In this document: one piece after another, positions 10,131 through 20,608 of the stretch
How the letters are laid out: each line of letters starts with the position of its first letter
Position numbering within the stretch: position 1 is the first letter of the stretch
Source: a virus
Length of the DNA stretch: 64,000 nt
IMG/VR virus record: IMGVR_UViG_3300031251_000005
Span: 1 to 64,000 of that record
Strand: one strand, 5' to 3'
Notes under the pieces: model-generated
Databases searched by the model: none
Seen by the model: the letters and a program-made list of their open reading frames with translations, nothing else
What the model was told of the DNA's origin: nothing
Position numbers and translations under genes: made by a program

Positions 10131-11343
10131 TGATGAGCAAGTAGTACCACCTATTACTCCAGGGGCACCTACTGATACAATGCCCGTATATATAGATACA
10201 GCTAGTAATTATTCTAACTTACAATATAAAGATAACATAATAGCATATTTAGATGGTACTCCATGGCAAGTTACTTATTATGCTCAATATCTAGGTGAGG
10301 ATGATGTAGTAGTTAATAGTAATGACATAGATGATCCTACCTTAAGACAATATCTAAAAATTAATCAGTTTGAATTAAGGGTAACATCAGCTTTATCTAA
10401 TACTTTTAATATAGCTACCAATACTAATATAATAATAGGTGAATCAAATGTATATCCAGTAATTACACCTACTGTGGGTGATGTATTTATTGGTATGATA
10501 CAGGATGGAGCGTTTGGTATCTTTGAAGTAACTAGTATTACTAGATACTCTATGTTTAAACAGTCTGCATGGGCTATTAGTTATTCTCAAATAAATTTTA
10601 GTACTCCAGATAGAGTAGCGGTATATGATAGTTATGTGGTTAATGAATTAACATTTGATGTTTCTAAACTAGACTCTGGTAGTAACCCTTTATTCACTAC
10701 ATCTGAATATTATCAACTGAATCAAAAACAAGATATAATATTAAATCTGGTAGAACAATACTTTATTGATTACTTTGATTATGTGACTAATACTTTTATA
10801 GTACCTAATGATGGTAGTTATACTGGAAAGTTATATGATCCATTTATTGTAGAGTTTTGGAATAAATTTATTGATAGAGATTTATACCCTAAATATAAAT
10901 CCCCTACTGCTTATAATATAAAAAACAATATAAGTAACTCACCATTTATTACTATTTTTGATATATTGGAGCAACAATCTATTACACAATTAAAGAACTG
11001 TGTTAAATATATGTCAAATACTCCCGTAGGTGAGTTTAATGCAACATTTCAAAGACACACAGTGGTAGTTAGCCATATTGACTATGTAGTGTATCCTGAT
11101 GATTCTGATGTGGATTTAGATAATACTGATATACCTTCACTTTATTTATTTAGTAATAACTTTTATAATAATGTAACTGGATCACAAACATCTTTAGAGT
11201 TACAAGTTATTAAAGCTATTTCAAAACAAGTAATTGCTTTTAGTGATATTCAGCCTTTATTAACTAGTTTAGATTCAGCTACTCCTGTAAATAAATTTTA
11301 TCAAACCCCAATTATAATAGCTTTATTATTATTAGCTAGGTAA
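10117..11343 (+). CDS. Virion structural protein (phiKZ gp99-like)
   Basis: 408 aa; GTPWQVTYY, PTVGDVFI and YDPFIVEF motifs; synteny. Confidence 0.6.
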   Translation: MPLYNDEQVVPPITPGAPTDTMPVYIDTASNYSNLQYKDNIIAYLDGTPWQVTYYAQYLGEDDVVVNSNDIDDPTLRQYLKINQFELRVTSALSNTFNIATNTNIIIGESNVYPVITPTVGDVFIGMIQDGAFGIFEVTSITRYSMFKQSAWAISYSQINFSTPDRVAVYDSYVVNELTFDVSKLDSGSNPLFTTSEYYQLNQKQDIILNLVEQYFIDYFDYVTNTFIVPNDGSYTGKLYDPFIVEFWNKFIDRDLYPKYKSPTAYNIKNNISNSPFITIFDILEQQSITQLKNCVKYMSNTPVGEFNATFQRHTVVVSHIDYVVYPDDSDVDLDNTDIPSLYLFSNNFYNNVTGSQTSLELQVIKAISKQVIAFSDIQPLLTSLDSATPVNKFYQTPIIIALLLLAR

Positions 11344-11346
11344 GTT

Positions 11347-12048
11347 ATGTATAATTATAAAGAAGAATTAGTAGATCTTGTAAATATTCTATTTAGTAAG
11401 CCAATGGTAATAGAATCTACAAAAGTTAGTTTATCTTTATTAAATAAGGATATAGAAATTAAAGACTTATTTAAAGTGCCAGAAATGACTTCAGGCTCTT
11501 TTAAAACAATCAATGGAGTTACTATATCTGAAACTAATAGTAATATAGATGGATTAAAAGAACTATTAAGTGGCACTTCTAGAAATAGTCTAGGTGGTGA
11601 GTTCTATGAGAAATTTAATATAACATCTATTGAAACTGCTAGTTTACCCATTTCTGAAATAGCTCTATTGATATATAGAAAAGGTTCTGTTACTTTAGTA
11701 AATGTAGATGACTCTGTTTTTATTCACAAAACAGTTGGTAGATACTTAACTCTAGTAGAACAAAGAAAGTTATATGAATTACATTATCAAGCTCCACCAG
11801 AAGAAGATATATTAGCATTTCAAACTTTATATGACTTAATAACTGATATGGCTAGTTCTAGAGTTAGACAGGGTGAAGGCGGATCATTATTGTCTGAGTT
11901 AATTAGATTATCCTCAACTACAGCTAGTGGTGATATGTTTAAAAACGATAAAGTAGTTTTAAATGGTAAAAGAAGAACTGCATTACTAACTGAGAATAAT
12001 GAACCTAGATTATCTGGTTTGGAGAATGTAAAAGCTTTTAAAAAATAA
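11347..12048 (+). CDS. Conserved hypothetical jumbo-phage protein (gp100-like position)
   Basis: 233-aa ORF coupled to the upstream gene. Confidence 0.55.
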   Translation: MYNYKEELVDLVNILFSKPMVIESTKVSLSLLNKDIEIKDLFKVPEMTSGSFKTINGVTISETNSNIDGLKELLSGTSRNSLGGEFYEKFNITSIETASLPISEIALLIYRKGSVTLVNVDDSVFIHKTVGRYLTLVEQRKLYELHYQAPPEEDILAFQTLYDLITDMASSRVRQGEGGSLLSELIRLSSTTASGDMFKNDKVVLNGKRRTALLTENNEPRLSGLENVKAFKK

Positions 12049-12140
12049 AAGGGTTTATTAATTTCACTTTAATTTAGAATAAAAGAAAATGTAAAAATTG
12101 AAACATTAAAATGTATGATTGATAATAATTGGGAATTTAG

Positions 12141-13310
12141 ATGAGAAGATTAGATTTAGGTTTAGAAGAAATTCAAGATAATGTAGAAATTAGTATAGAA
12201 GAAATCTTTGATGAGATTGAAACTACTTGTTTAAAAAACTTAGGTTTATTAGAACAAGAGAATTATTCCATGGAAGGTTTGTTTGATAAACTAAAAGACT
12301 TTAAAGGAAAATTAATTGATCTCAAAGATTCAATAGATAAAAATATTAAAGAAAATAATATAATGACTAATAATAATTTAGATGTACTTGAAAAACATCT
12401 AATAAGCTTATTAGAAGAGATAGATTTATCTAAAAAACCAAAACTAGATAAAATAGAAATCCCAGGTAGAGCGCATGATTATTTAGAATTTGATAATTCT
12501 TATGATAACTATCTAGCTGGATTAAAACACACAAGTAATTTGATGTGTGATATAAATGCTATTACACCTGAACATTTTATTTTTAAAACAAGAATTCCAA
12601 AAGTAATAGAGTTATTAAATAAAAATAAATTAACAGAAGAAGGTTTATTAACTACATTTCAAGAGTTACATAAATCTAAAATATTTAATATAGATAGTCT
12701 TATGGATGAATATATTAAAACTACTAGTTTACCTTTAGAAAAAGTACTAGATAGAAGTAAATATAAATGGATGGAACAAAATAATGGGCAGAGATATGCT
12801 ATATCTAAGCACATTTATCCATTTGAGGAAATGGTTGTAATCCTGTTTACCCCAATTAATAATGAGAAAGTAACTACTGATACAACTTTTTGTGTTGGAG
12901 CTGGGGTATACTATTATTATCCTCATAAAAAAAGTAGACTTAAAAATGTAGAAGTAAAAGCTTTATCAGCTGCAGAATGTAAAATAGTACTAACTGAATG
13001 TATAACAGCTATTAATAAAGTAGATAGTTATTTTAAAATTCAAAAGCGTGCTGAAGAAGATAGAAATATTGATAATAGGTTAGCAATAGATTTATTAGAT
13101 GACATAACAACTATAATGAGAAACAATGATAAATTAAAAAAAGAAACAAAAGATGAAATATATATTCTTGGATATCTTTTATATCAATATGGTTATCAAG
13201 AAAATTCATCCTTTAAAGTTAATATAAATTATGAAATGCTGCATATAACGATACTCACAATTAAAGCTGCATATGTTTTAGCTAGTAAAAGTATACACAA
13301 TTTAAAGTGA
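12141..13310 (+). CDS. Putative internal head protein sharing the N-terminal MRRLDLGLEEIQ with ORF 7161
   Basis: Identical first 12 aa; YSME candidate cleavage site; a VKALS.EC segment resembling VKALT.EI of ORF 7161. Confidence 0.65.
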   Translation: MRRLDLGLEEIQDNVEISIEEIFDEIETTCLKNLGLLEQENYSMEGLFDKLKDFKGKLIDLKDSIDKNIKENNIMTNNNLDVLEKHLISLLEEIDLSKKPKLDKIEIPGRAHDYLEFDNSYDNYLAGLKHTSNLMCDINAITPEHFIFKTRIPKVIELLNKNKLTEEGLLTTFQELHKSKIFNIDSLMDEYIKTTSLPLEKVLDRSKYKWMEQNNGQRYAISKHIYPFEEMVVILFTPINNEKVTTDTTFCVGAGVYYYYPHKKSRLKNVEVKALSAAECKIVLTECITAINKVDSYFKIQKRAEEDRNIDNRLAIDLLDDITTIMRNNDKLKKETKDEIYILGYLLYQYGYQENSSFKVNINYEMLHITILTIKAAYVLASKSIHNLK

Positions 13311-13313
13311 AAG

Positions 13314-13341
13314 TATAGAGAGGAGTAATCTCCTCTCTATA
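13314..13341. terminator. Intergenic hairpin
   Basis: tatagagaggag-taat-ctcctctctata. Confidence 0.75.
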
Positions 13342-13402
13342 TGCCGTATTTATTAACTAAGCCTACTAATCGTATATGACCCATCACTATGAGTAAACTA
13401 TT

Positions 13403-14746
13403 ATGATCTTAGATGATATTGCGTTTAGAAAGCTATTTAGTAAAATAGATCCTAATAAAGTAAACCCTGTTAATTGGAAGTATAAAGCTATATTTACAGA
13501 TGAAAATAAAAATATTTTAGAAGTACATAACGTATTATCAGTTACTAAGATATCTAAATATAATACATCAGTTTCTGATTATATATTTGTTACTGTACAG
13601 TTGTATAAGAGTGTTTACTTTAAACTATTAAGAACTAATAGAAGAATGTTACAAATGCAGTTAACTAAAACCCCTAATTCAGTTACTGGTATTACACTAT
13701 CTAATAGTTTATCTATTATAGAAAACTATGATGCATATTTAACTGATAATACTTCTGAATCTATAGAGACTAGAACTGGTGGTAATTCTGGACTATATAC
13801 AGATGACATAGGTGAATTAGTTGAAGTAGATGTACATTTGATAGAAAGAGGCTTATCTGAATTTAGATTATGGGACATTGGTGGTGTTTATAGAAATTGT
13901 AGTATTACTGCTTTATTACAAGGTTTTATGTCACAGCCATTAAAATCATTAGGTGAAACCCAACCAGTTGGTTTTAATACAACAATATACCCAGTTGATA
14001 ATAAAGAAATATATTATCATTTATTAATCCCAAATGGTGTACATTTAGTTGACTTTCCTGGGTGGTTACAAAAGAGAAGAGGTATATACTCTACTGGGAT
14101 GGGATATTATTTAAATCAGGGTATGTGGTATATATATCCGTTGTATGATGTAACTAGATATGATAAATCTAAAAAAAGATTAACTATTATTAATGTACCT
14201 GTTAATGAAATGCAAGGGCTTACCAATAGTTATGTTACTGAAGATTTAGAAACTTATATATTTGCAACTGGTAATACTAAACATATAGATACTTCAGATA
14301 GATTAATAGATAGTCAAGGTGCTGGCTTTAGAGCAGCTAAGATGGCTAATATTTTTAATAAGTTTTCAGAAAGTAGTAAAGGTGAAACTACTGTACCTAT
14401 AGGTAGAAATATGATATCTCTTAGTTATGAACAAAGAGAAGGTGACTTAGATAATATTAAAGCAGTACCTGGATTATTCACTAGTAATATTTGGGAAGAC
14501 TCTAGTAAAGTGGTAGCTAATATGGGTAATATAGTAATATTAGATTGGCATTATAGCAATCCTAATATATTATACCCCGGTATGCCTTTACGCTTTATAT
14601 ATAAAGCCTCTGGTGTAGCACATAGTCTTACTGGTATATTACTAGCTGTAGAAACTGTAGTAAGTACTCCTATGTCATCTGTATTAGATACTAGATACGT
14701 TAGTAATAGTAGATTAACATTATATATTGAACGAGCTATTAATTAG
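13403..14746 (+). CDS. Virion structural protein, probable baseplate hub (phiKZ gp101-like)
   Basis: 447 aa; GIYSTGMGYY, WYIYPLYD and LYPGMP motifs. Confidence 0.65.
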   Translation: MILDDIAFRKLFSKIDPNKVNPVNWKYKAIFTDENKNILEVHNVLSVTKISKYNTSVSDYIFVTVQLYKSVYFKLLRTNRRMLQMQLTKTPNSVTGITLSNSLSIIENYDAYLTDNTSESIETRTGGNSGLYTDDIGELVEVDVHLIERGLSEFRLWDIGGVYRNCSITALLQGFMSQPLKSLGETQPVGFNTTIYPVDNKEIYYHLLIPNGVHLVDFPGWLQKRRGIYSTGMGYYLNQGMWYIYPLYDVTRYDKSKKRLTIINVPVNEMQGLTNSYVTEDLETYIFATGNTKHIDTSDRLIDSQGAGFRAAKMANIFNKFSESSKGETTVPIGRNMISLSYEQREGDLDNIKAVPGLFTSNIWEDSSKVVANMGNIVILDWHYSNPNILYPGMPLRFIYKASGVAHSLTGILLAVETVVSTPMSSVLDTRYVSNSRLTLYIERAIN

Positions 14747-14753
14747 GATTAAT

Positions 14754-16799
14754 ATGGGTATTTTTACATATGTGCGAAGGCACTTTAGTACTTGGTGTGA
14801 ACAAGATGATAAAAAAGGAATAATCACTATTCATAATGTTTCTACAAAAAAAATATTAAAAGATTTAAAAACAGTTTGGAAAACAGAAGCTATATCTAAA
14901 TATATGTTTTTGAATGTATCTTATTCATCTATTAGTTTCTATAAGTTTTATTGTCCTGATATATATTTTACTTTAACTAAAATATTAGAATATAAAAAGA
15001 GAATAAGTAAAAAATCAGAAATAAAATCTATATTAGAAGGATTAGAAAATGATACATGGTTTAAAAACTATTTTCAAGAACATGGTAATATTTTAGATTT
15101 TAGTCAATTAAAGACTTTAAAATATACTTTATTACCACCACAACGAGAAGCGGTTGAAGCATATAATAGATTAGTACCAAAAATGGGATTAAATGGGTTT
15201 CTATTATCTGCTGATGTGGGTACTGGGAAATCGGTGATGGCTATAGCAATTGGTGCTTGTCTAAAAGCTAATCCTTATATAGTTGTTTGTCCTAAGTTTT
15301 TGATAGATAGTGTCTGGGTAGATGCTATGGATGTACAATTTAATAAAACTAAAAAAATATGGAAATCAAATAGTGAGGAAATGCTATTACCTGGATATGA
15401 TGTTTATATTTTTCATTATGAATACTTAGAAAAAGCTTCTGATTTTTTTAAAGTAAACCCATGTCCAAACTCAATAGTAATTCTAGATGAATCTCACAAT
15501 ATGAATAACTTTAAGTCTGGTAGAACGGATGCTTATCTAGATATGTGTAAAAACTTACAAACTAAAAACATTTTACATACTAGTGGGACTAGTGTAAAGG
15601 CTTTAGCTACAGAAACAATTCCATTATTTAGAGCTATTGATCCATTATTTATTCCTGAAGTAGAAGTTAATTTTAAAAAACTATATAGTAAATCTGCTAC
15701 TAGGGCTTTGGAAGTAATAGCTAATAGATTAGGTTTAATATCATTTAAGATATCTAAAGATAAAGTAATGGGTGATGCTAGACCAATACAAATACAGATA
15801 AACGTAAAAATGCCTAATTCTGAAATATATACTTTACCATATATTAAAGAAGAGTTTGCTAAATTTTCAAAAGAAAAAACTGCACAATATTTAAAAGAGA
15901 TGCCTCATCATGAAAAAGTATATCAAGAAGCATTATCTATTTATAGAAAGACTATTACATCTTCTTCTGATATAAAAGAATATAATTTATATATATCTTA
16001 TCTTGCAACTATTAGAAGTGGGTTTGATGCTAGAACTATGGGGCCGCTGAGCACTTATTGTAATAAATTTGAAAAAGAGAAAATTATACCTAGATTACCT
16101 GCCTCTTTAAAAAAGGAGTTTCTTAATAGCAGAGCTGTTTATAAATACTACACCTTAAAAATAGTAGGAGAATATCTAGGGATATTAGGTAGAATGCGAG
16201 CTGAGCTAGCTTCTAAACTGATTGAGTATAGTAAAATAGATAAAATTGTAAATGAAGCTGAAAAGAAAACTATTTGTTTTACGGATTATGTAGATACAGC
16301 TTTAGCTTGTAATGAGTATTTTATAAAAAGAGGTTTTAAACCAGCACTTATATATGCGGAAACTAATAAAGATGTATTTCCTATTTTAGAAGATTTTAAA
16401 AAGAGTGATGTTAAAAATCCTTTAATAGCTACAATTAAATCTTTATCTGTTGGGGTTACTGTATTATCAGCTAATGTTATTATCTTTTTAAATCAACCAT
16501 TTCGTAGTGGTGAAAAGGAACAAGCAGCAGCTAGAGCATTTCGTTTCGGGCAGGATACCCAAGTATATATTTATGACATAATTTTAGACACTGGAGAGAT
16601 TCCAAACTTATCCACTAGAGCACAACAAATTTTACAATGGAGTGAAGATCAGGTTACTGCTATATTAAACTTAGATCGTAGTAAAACTGCACCAATTAAT
16701 GGTAACACAATAGCTTATAATCTATTAGGTAAAAATATATTATACTTAGATATAGTGTTGAGGGATGTAAAGAAATTTTTAGGTATTTTTAAATTATAG
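14754..16799 (+). CDS. SF2 (SNF2/DEAD-like) helicase
   Basis: Motif I (DVGTGKS), motif II (LDESHN), motif III (TSGT), motif VI (QAAARAFRFGQ). Start moved to the ATG at 14754 behind AGGA. Confidence 0.85.
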   Translation: MGIFTYVRRHFSTWCEQDDKKGIITIHNVSTKKILKDLKTVWKTEAISKYMFLNVSYSSISFYKFYCPDIYFTLTKILEYKKRISKKSEIKSILEGLENDTWFKNYFQEHGNILDFSQLKTLKYTLLPPQREAVEAYNRLVPKMGLNGFLLSADVGTGKSVMAIAIGACLKANPYIVVCPKFLIDSVWVDAMDVQFNKTKKIWKSNSEEMLLPGYDVYIFHYEYLEKASDFFKVNPCPNSIVILDESHNMNNFKSGRTDAYLDMCKNLQTKNILHTSGTSVKALATETIPLFRAIDPLFIPEVEVNFKKLYSKSATRALEVIANRLGLISFKISKDKVMGDARPIQIQINVKMPNSEIYTLPYIKEEFAKFSKEKTAQYLKEMPHHEKVYQEALSIYRKTITSSSDIKEYNLYISYLATIRSGFDARTMGPLSTYCNKFEKEKIIPRLPASLKKEFLNSRAVYKYYTLKIVGEYLGILGRMRAELASKLIEYSKIDKIVNEAEKKTICFTDYVDTALACNEYFIKRGFKPALIYAETNKDVFPILEDFKKSDVKNPLIATIKSLSVGVTVLSANVIIFLNQPFRSGEKEQAAARAFRFGQDTQVYIYDIILDTGEIPNLSTRAQQILQWSEDQVTAILNLDRSKTAPINGNTIAYNLLGKNILYLDIVLRDVKKFLGIFKL

Positions 16800-16807
16800 G
16801 TAATAAC

Positions 16808-17008
16808 ATGATAGAATTTATTGGGTTTATTTTGATAATCAGTGCTTTTGTATTATTTAAAGAGCAGGAAAAATTATTATCTAGCAAGATTAGAAGTATA
16901 ACTGATAGGAAGACTATGTTTAAATACCTCAGTTATAGCATTATAGACATATTTCTATTTTTTATGGGTACAATGCTACTACTTGATATTATTAAATATT
17001 TTAAATAA
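16808..17008 (+). CDS. Small membrane protein
   Basis: 66 aa with two hydrophobic segments. Confidence 0.55.
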   Translation: MIEFIGFILIISAFVLFKEQEKLLSSKIRSITDRKTMFKYLSYSIIDIFLFFMGTMLLLDIIKYFK

Positions 17009-17020
17009 TTAACATTAAAG

Positions 17021-17060
17021 AATAATCAATCTCTACTGTCATATGTAGAGATTGATTATT
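17021..17060. terminator. Intergenic hairpin
   Basis: aataatcaatctctac-tgtcatat-gtagagattgattatt. Confidence 0.7.
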
Positions 17061-17063
17061 TCT

Positions 17064-17100
17064 ATTCTAATTATTTTGATATATATATTATTAACTAGCT
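17064..17100 (+). promoter_or_regulatory. Putative early promoter (ATATATTATT core)
   Basis: attctaattattttgatatatatattatt matches the core of the leader repeats and resembles the phiKZ early-promoter motif TATATTAC. Confidence 0.5.
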
Positions 17101-17137
17101 ATAATATAAATATAACATTTTACATGGAAACTAAAAA

Positions 17138-17608
17138 GTGACTATTGAAATTAAAAAAGCAATGTTATTTGATAAAGATGTTCTTAGAGCACTACAAAAA
17201 ACACTTACTAAAGAAAGTAATTATCTACCATATGGTATAATAGAGGAAGAAAAAGATATTAGTATTTTAAAGAACACTAGAAAGACTAATAGTAGTTATT
17301 TTAAAATAATCAGAATAGATGGTAAAACTGTAGGATTTTCTTCATTAACAAAGACTAGTGTGGATAAAGGATATATTAAAATAGGGGTTTTAAAACAGTA
17401 TCAAAGAAATGGCTATGGAGAAATGCTATTAAGAAACATAATTGATGATGCTAGGAGTAATAACTTACACAGCTTGTTTTTATATGTGACTATTAATAAT
17501 GTCGCTGGTGTAGCATTGTTTCTTAAGAATAATTTTATTATAAAAGAAACAGTAAATCTAAAACCATTTGGTAATCACTATAGAATGGGAATAGAGTTAA
17601 CTAACTAA
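17138..17608 (+). CDS. GNAT-family N-acetyltransferase
   Basis: Motif A (IGVLKQYQRNGYGEMLL) and motif B (NVAGVALFLKNNF). Confidence 0.8.
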   Translation: MTIEIKKAMLFDKDVLRALQKTLTKESNYLPYGIIEEEKDISILKNTRKTNSSYFKIIRIDGKTVGFSSLTKTSVDKGYIKIGVLKQYQRNGYGEMLLRNIIDDARSNNLHSLFLYVTINNVAGVALFLKNNFIIKETVNLKPFGNHYRMGIELTN

Positions 17609-17687
17609 AGAATTAAAGAGATCTGGGGTTATGTCTATATTGGTAAGCCAAAGTATCAAAAACCGTATTCAAAAATAGGAGTTTATA

Positions 17688-17876
17688 ATGGAAGAATTAT
17701 TAGAAGAATTACCATCTTTATTACAAGAGGCTAGTATTAATAAATCACTAAATGAACTGGTAGCAATGGATAGACAAGAATTAATTGACATATTACAAAA
17801 AGTAGCTATTCTTCCGGCTGCTAAGATTTTACACATAGTAGATATATGCAGATCTACTATTCCTAAATATTTATAA
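17688..17876 (+). CDS. Small hypothetical protein
   Basis: 62 aa, TAGGAG RBS. Confidence 0.6.
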   Translation: MEELLEELPSLLQEASINKSLNELVAMDRQELIDILQKVAILPAAKILHIVDICRSTIPKYL

Positions 17877-17891
17877 CATTGGAGATAGAAG

Positions 17892-18014
17892 ATGGATATT
17901 AATAAAATAAAAGAACAAATACCTAAATTAGATACTATCATTAACTGGACTGATAGTTATCTTAAACCTAATCAAATTACATGGACAGTTAATAATAACT
18001 CTTTTTTTCTTTAA
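17892..18014 (+). CDS. Small hypothetical protein (40 aa, not in ORF track)
   Basis: GGAG RBS; MDINKIKEQIPKLDTIINWTDSYLKPNQITWTVNNNSFFL. Confidence 0.45.
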   Translation: MDINKIKEQIPKLDTIINWTDSYLKPNQITWTVNNNSFFL

Positions 18015-18034
18015 TTAACAATTTAATCTATTAC

Positions 18035-18247
18035 ATGACAAAATCTGAATTTTTACAATCTATATCTGATGCTGTAAAGTTACCTAATAATTTTCACCCT
18101 AAAGAAACTACTCTACATATGAAAGAAAGTTATAAAGGTGAACTATTTGGTGATATTACTAAAGGTACTATATATAGAGTATATAACACATTTGTAGTTA
18201 TTTTAAATGATAAATATAGAATAAAGGATAGAATTTTCTTTACTTAA
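18035..18247 (+). CDS. Small hypothetical protein
   Basis: 70-aa ORF in a co-oriented small-gene cluster. Confidence 0.5.
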   Translation: MTKSEFLQSISDAVKLPNNFHPKETTLHMKESYKGELFGDITKGTIYRVYNTFVVILNDKYRIKDRIFFT

Positions 18248-18275
18248 TAAAATTAATTAAATAGGAATAAATAAA

Positions 18276-18467
18276 ATGATAAAGGCTAAACTTAAAAAAA
18301 GTATTACTAACGCTATTATAGAATCTATTAGTAACTCCATTGATATTAATATTAGTAATCCTATATTGATGTATATTATTCATAGTAACATACTTCCTGG
18401 TGATTTTATTGATATTCCAGTTGAAGATGTTATTAGATCAAAAATATACAGTAAGGAGCAGACATGA
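18276..18467 (+). CDS. Small hypothetical protein
   Basis: 63 aa, TAGGA RBS, ATGA overlap with the next gene. Confidence 0.55.
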   Translation: MIKAKLKKSITNAIIESISNSIDINISNPILMYIIHSNILPGDFIDIPVEDVIRSKIYSKEQT

Positions 18468-18661
18468 GAACAATGGTAACATTAGAAGATCTGATTGATG
18501 ATAAAATGGGTATATATACCTATATACCTGCAACTATGGATGTTAAAGATATCATACAAGATAAAGTGTGTTTTCAACTGTCTAATACGGCAGCTATAGT
18601 TATTCCATGGGTTATTGACAATAAAATAGGAAACTCACATGAAAAGATCAAAAACAAGTAG
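18464..18661 (+). CDS. Small hypothetical protein
   Basis: 65 aa, AAGGAG RBS. Confidence 0.6.
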   Translation: MRTMVTLEDLIDDKMGIYTYIPATMDVKDIIQDKVCFQLSNTAAIVIPWVIDNKIGNSHEKIKNK

Positions 18662-18812
18662 TAAAATATATAATATTTTAGGCAATGATATACATCATAT
18701 ATTTTATAATAGTAATAAGTTAAATGAACATATACAGGACTCATTATATAAACATTTTACTAATATACCTCTTGATGAGGTATATAGTGTATTATATTTT
18801 AAATTAAGATAA
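18639..18812 (+). CDS. Small hypothetical protein (57 aa, not in ORF track)
   Basis: TAGGA RBS; MKRSKTSSKIYNILGNDIHH...LYFKLR; ends just before the terminator. Confidence 0.45.
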   Translation: MKRSKTSSKIYNILGNDIHHIFYNSNKLNEHIQDSLYKHFTNIPLDEVYSVLYFKLR

Positions 18813-18820
18813 ACTTTTTG

Positions 18821-18862
18821 TTTAATAGACTAGATTAGCATATGCTAATCTAGTCTATTAAA
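18821..18862. terminator. Bidirectional terminator: perfect 42-bp palindrome between convergent genes
   Basis: tttaatagactagattagcat|atgctaatctagtctattaaa. Confidence 0.8.
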
Positions 18863-18874
18863 TGTTATTATATT

Positions 18875-19090
18875 TTATTTTTTTAGTTCAAACTTATCAA
18901 AGAACTCTTCAAACTCTCTAACATGTAACTCATCATCATTTACTTTCTTATAAATAATTATCTTAGTTCCTTCTCTTATATTAGTTCTGTCATGACCTTT
19001 ACCTAATATAATATATTCATTACCAGATTTTTTATTTATCCAGATCTGATTTAATTTTACAGAATTATTTAGTTTTGATATTAACTCCAC
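18875..19090 (-). CDS. DUF1653-like small protein
   Basis: Pattern GNEYIILG...IIIYK...LHVREFEEFFDKFE. Confidence 0.6.
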   Translation of the reverse strand: MELISKLNNSVKLNQIWINKKSGNEYIILGKGHDRTNIREGTKIIIYKKVNDDELHVREFEEFFDKFELKK

Positions 19091-20608
19091 TTATTCTTCC
19101 CATTCTACTAAGTTACTTGAATCAATTACTTTTGGTAAATTATACAAAGCCCTAGGAGCTTCACCATAGTCTGGTATGATACCACCTATAGCTTCAAATT
19201 TATACATAAAGTGTTTTAACTTATGAGGTACTATAGCCCCTCTATGTTTTCCTTTAGATACCATTAGATATGAGAAACCATCAATATGATGATGAATATG
19301 TAAGAACAGCTCTATATCTAATTTAGTATGTAATGACTTACAATCCTTATACCAACCACCAACAGATACTTTTTGGGTTAAAGTAGAAGGATGTTCTCTA
19401 GCTAAAGTACCTGCTTCTGTACTTAACTGTGAACCAGTGAAAAAGGTAATTCCTTTTGGATAACAAAAATTCCTAACCATTTCATAGGTTTTTTGAATTT
19501 TTGAATCTGTTCTTTCACCAAAAGTATTATCAGCTATTAAGGTTAAATAATCTGTAAAGCACCCATGTATTTCAAATCCACTATCTAAATATTTATTTAA
19601 AATAGTAATTAAATCATAAACACAGAAAGCAGCTGGGTCATAATGTTCCATTTGGAAAGTATATCCACGCTGCTGAAAGAATTCTTTTATTTCTTTCTTA
19701 GCACTATTAATATCTATCTTTGATGTTTCTACTTTCTTATTATGAGTTAATTCATATATCTTACTATAAAGAATAACTATATTTTGATCTATAGTATTTT
19801 CAAAGGTAATAAATAATAATAAAGGTTTTTTAGTATTATCCCACATCCATGGATCATTAAATCTAGATATATTCATAGCTAAATCTATTAACATACCAGT
19901 TTTATAGTTATGGGTAATAGCACCTATATTAACCATAGCCCCTCTAAAAACACCACCCGCTAATGCATCATTTAATCCTATTAATCCAGTATTTAACATA
20001 CCTTCTACATTAGATAGTTCTACACCTTTAGTTAAAGCATTCTCAATATCTTCATCGTTAGAAAAATCTACTTTACCAACTAGACCTGAAATCTCTGTAG
20101 TAGTATTAGTATGCAGATCATCTAACTCCATTTTTAAATCATTAATAAATGGATTAATCTCAAAATATTGTCCACTGAAATTAACCATTGCGTTGGCTTT
20201 AGAAATTGTCTGCTTTAATGAATTACGTTTTTTTTCATATCGTAACTCATGCATAATTGTGTTTACACGTTTTCTAGCATCTACTGTTGTGATATTCTCA
20301 TCTAATAGAGACTTAGCTGTTTCTATATAGTCATTATTACCTTGTAGATTTATTGTAAGTCTTTGTAATAAATCTAATCTATTATAATTACCATCTTTAT
20401 TATATACCATCCATTCTGCAGTATATCTTAAAGCTTCAATAACACCATCATCACTACCTAATCCTGCACCTGCTCTAGGGTCTATCTTAATATCCTTTAA
20501 TATCGTATGTAACTCATCATATATTTGATGATTGCTATCCTCAGCTTTATCATTAAAATATAGAGCAGTAATTACTTTAATCAAGGTTAGTATTGTATTT
20601 TCTATCAT
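19091..20608 (-). CDS. dnaB: DnaB-like replicative helicase (phiKZ gp118-like)
   Basis: LNTGLIGLN...GG.FRG, Walker A-like AITHNYKT, TDYL and SQLS motifs, C-terminal GKHRG; divergent from the capsid operon as in phiKZ. Confidence 0.85.
   Translation of the reverse strand: MIENTILTLIKVITALYFNDKAEDSNHQIYDELHTILKDIKIDPRAGAGLGSDDGVIEALRYTAEWMVYNKDGNYNRLDLLQRLTINLQGNNDYIETAKSLLDENITTVDARKRVNTIMHELRYEKKRNSLKQTISKANAMVNFSGQYFEINPFINDLKMELDDLHTNTTTEISGLVGKVDFSNDEDIENALTKGVELSNVEGMLNTGLIGLNDALAGGVFRGAMVNIGAITHNYKTGMLIDLAMNISRFNDPWMWDNTKKPLLLFITFENTIDQNIVILYSKIYELTHNKKVETSKIDINSAKKEIKEFFQQRGYTFQMEHYDPAAFCVYDLITILNKYLDSGFEIHGCFTDYLTLIADNTFGERTDSKIQKTYEMVRNFCYPKGITFFTGSQLSTEAGTLAREHPSTLTQKVSVGGWYKDCKSLHTKLDIELFLHIHHHIDGFSYLMVSKGKHRGAIVPHKLKHFMYKFEAIGGIIPDYGEAPRALYNLPKVIDSSNLVEWEE

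Noticed and set aside
19091-20608. Degenerate Walker A in the DnaB-like helicase and altered ABC signature (ASQAQ) in SbcC
   Set aside because: Similar deviations are, to my recollection, typical of phiKZ-family orthologues, so they are not evidence of inactivation.
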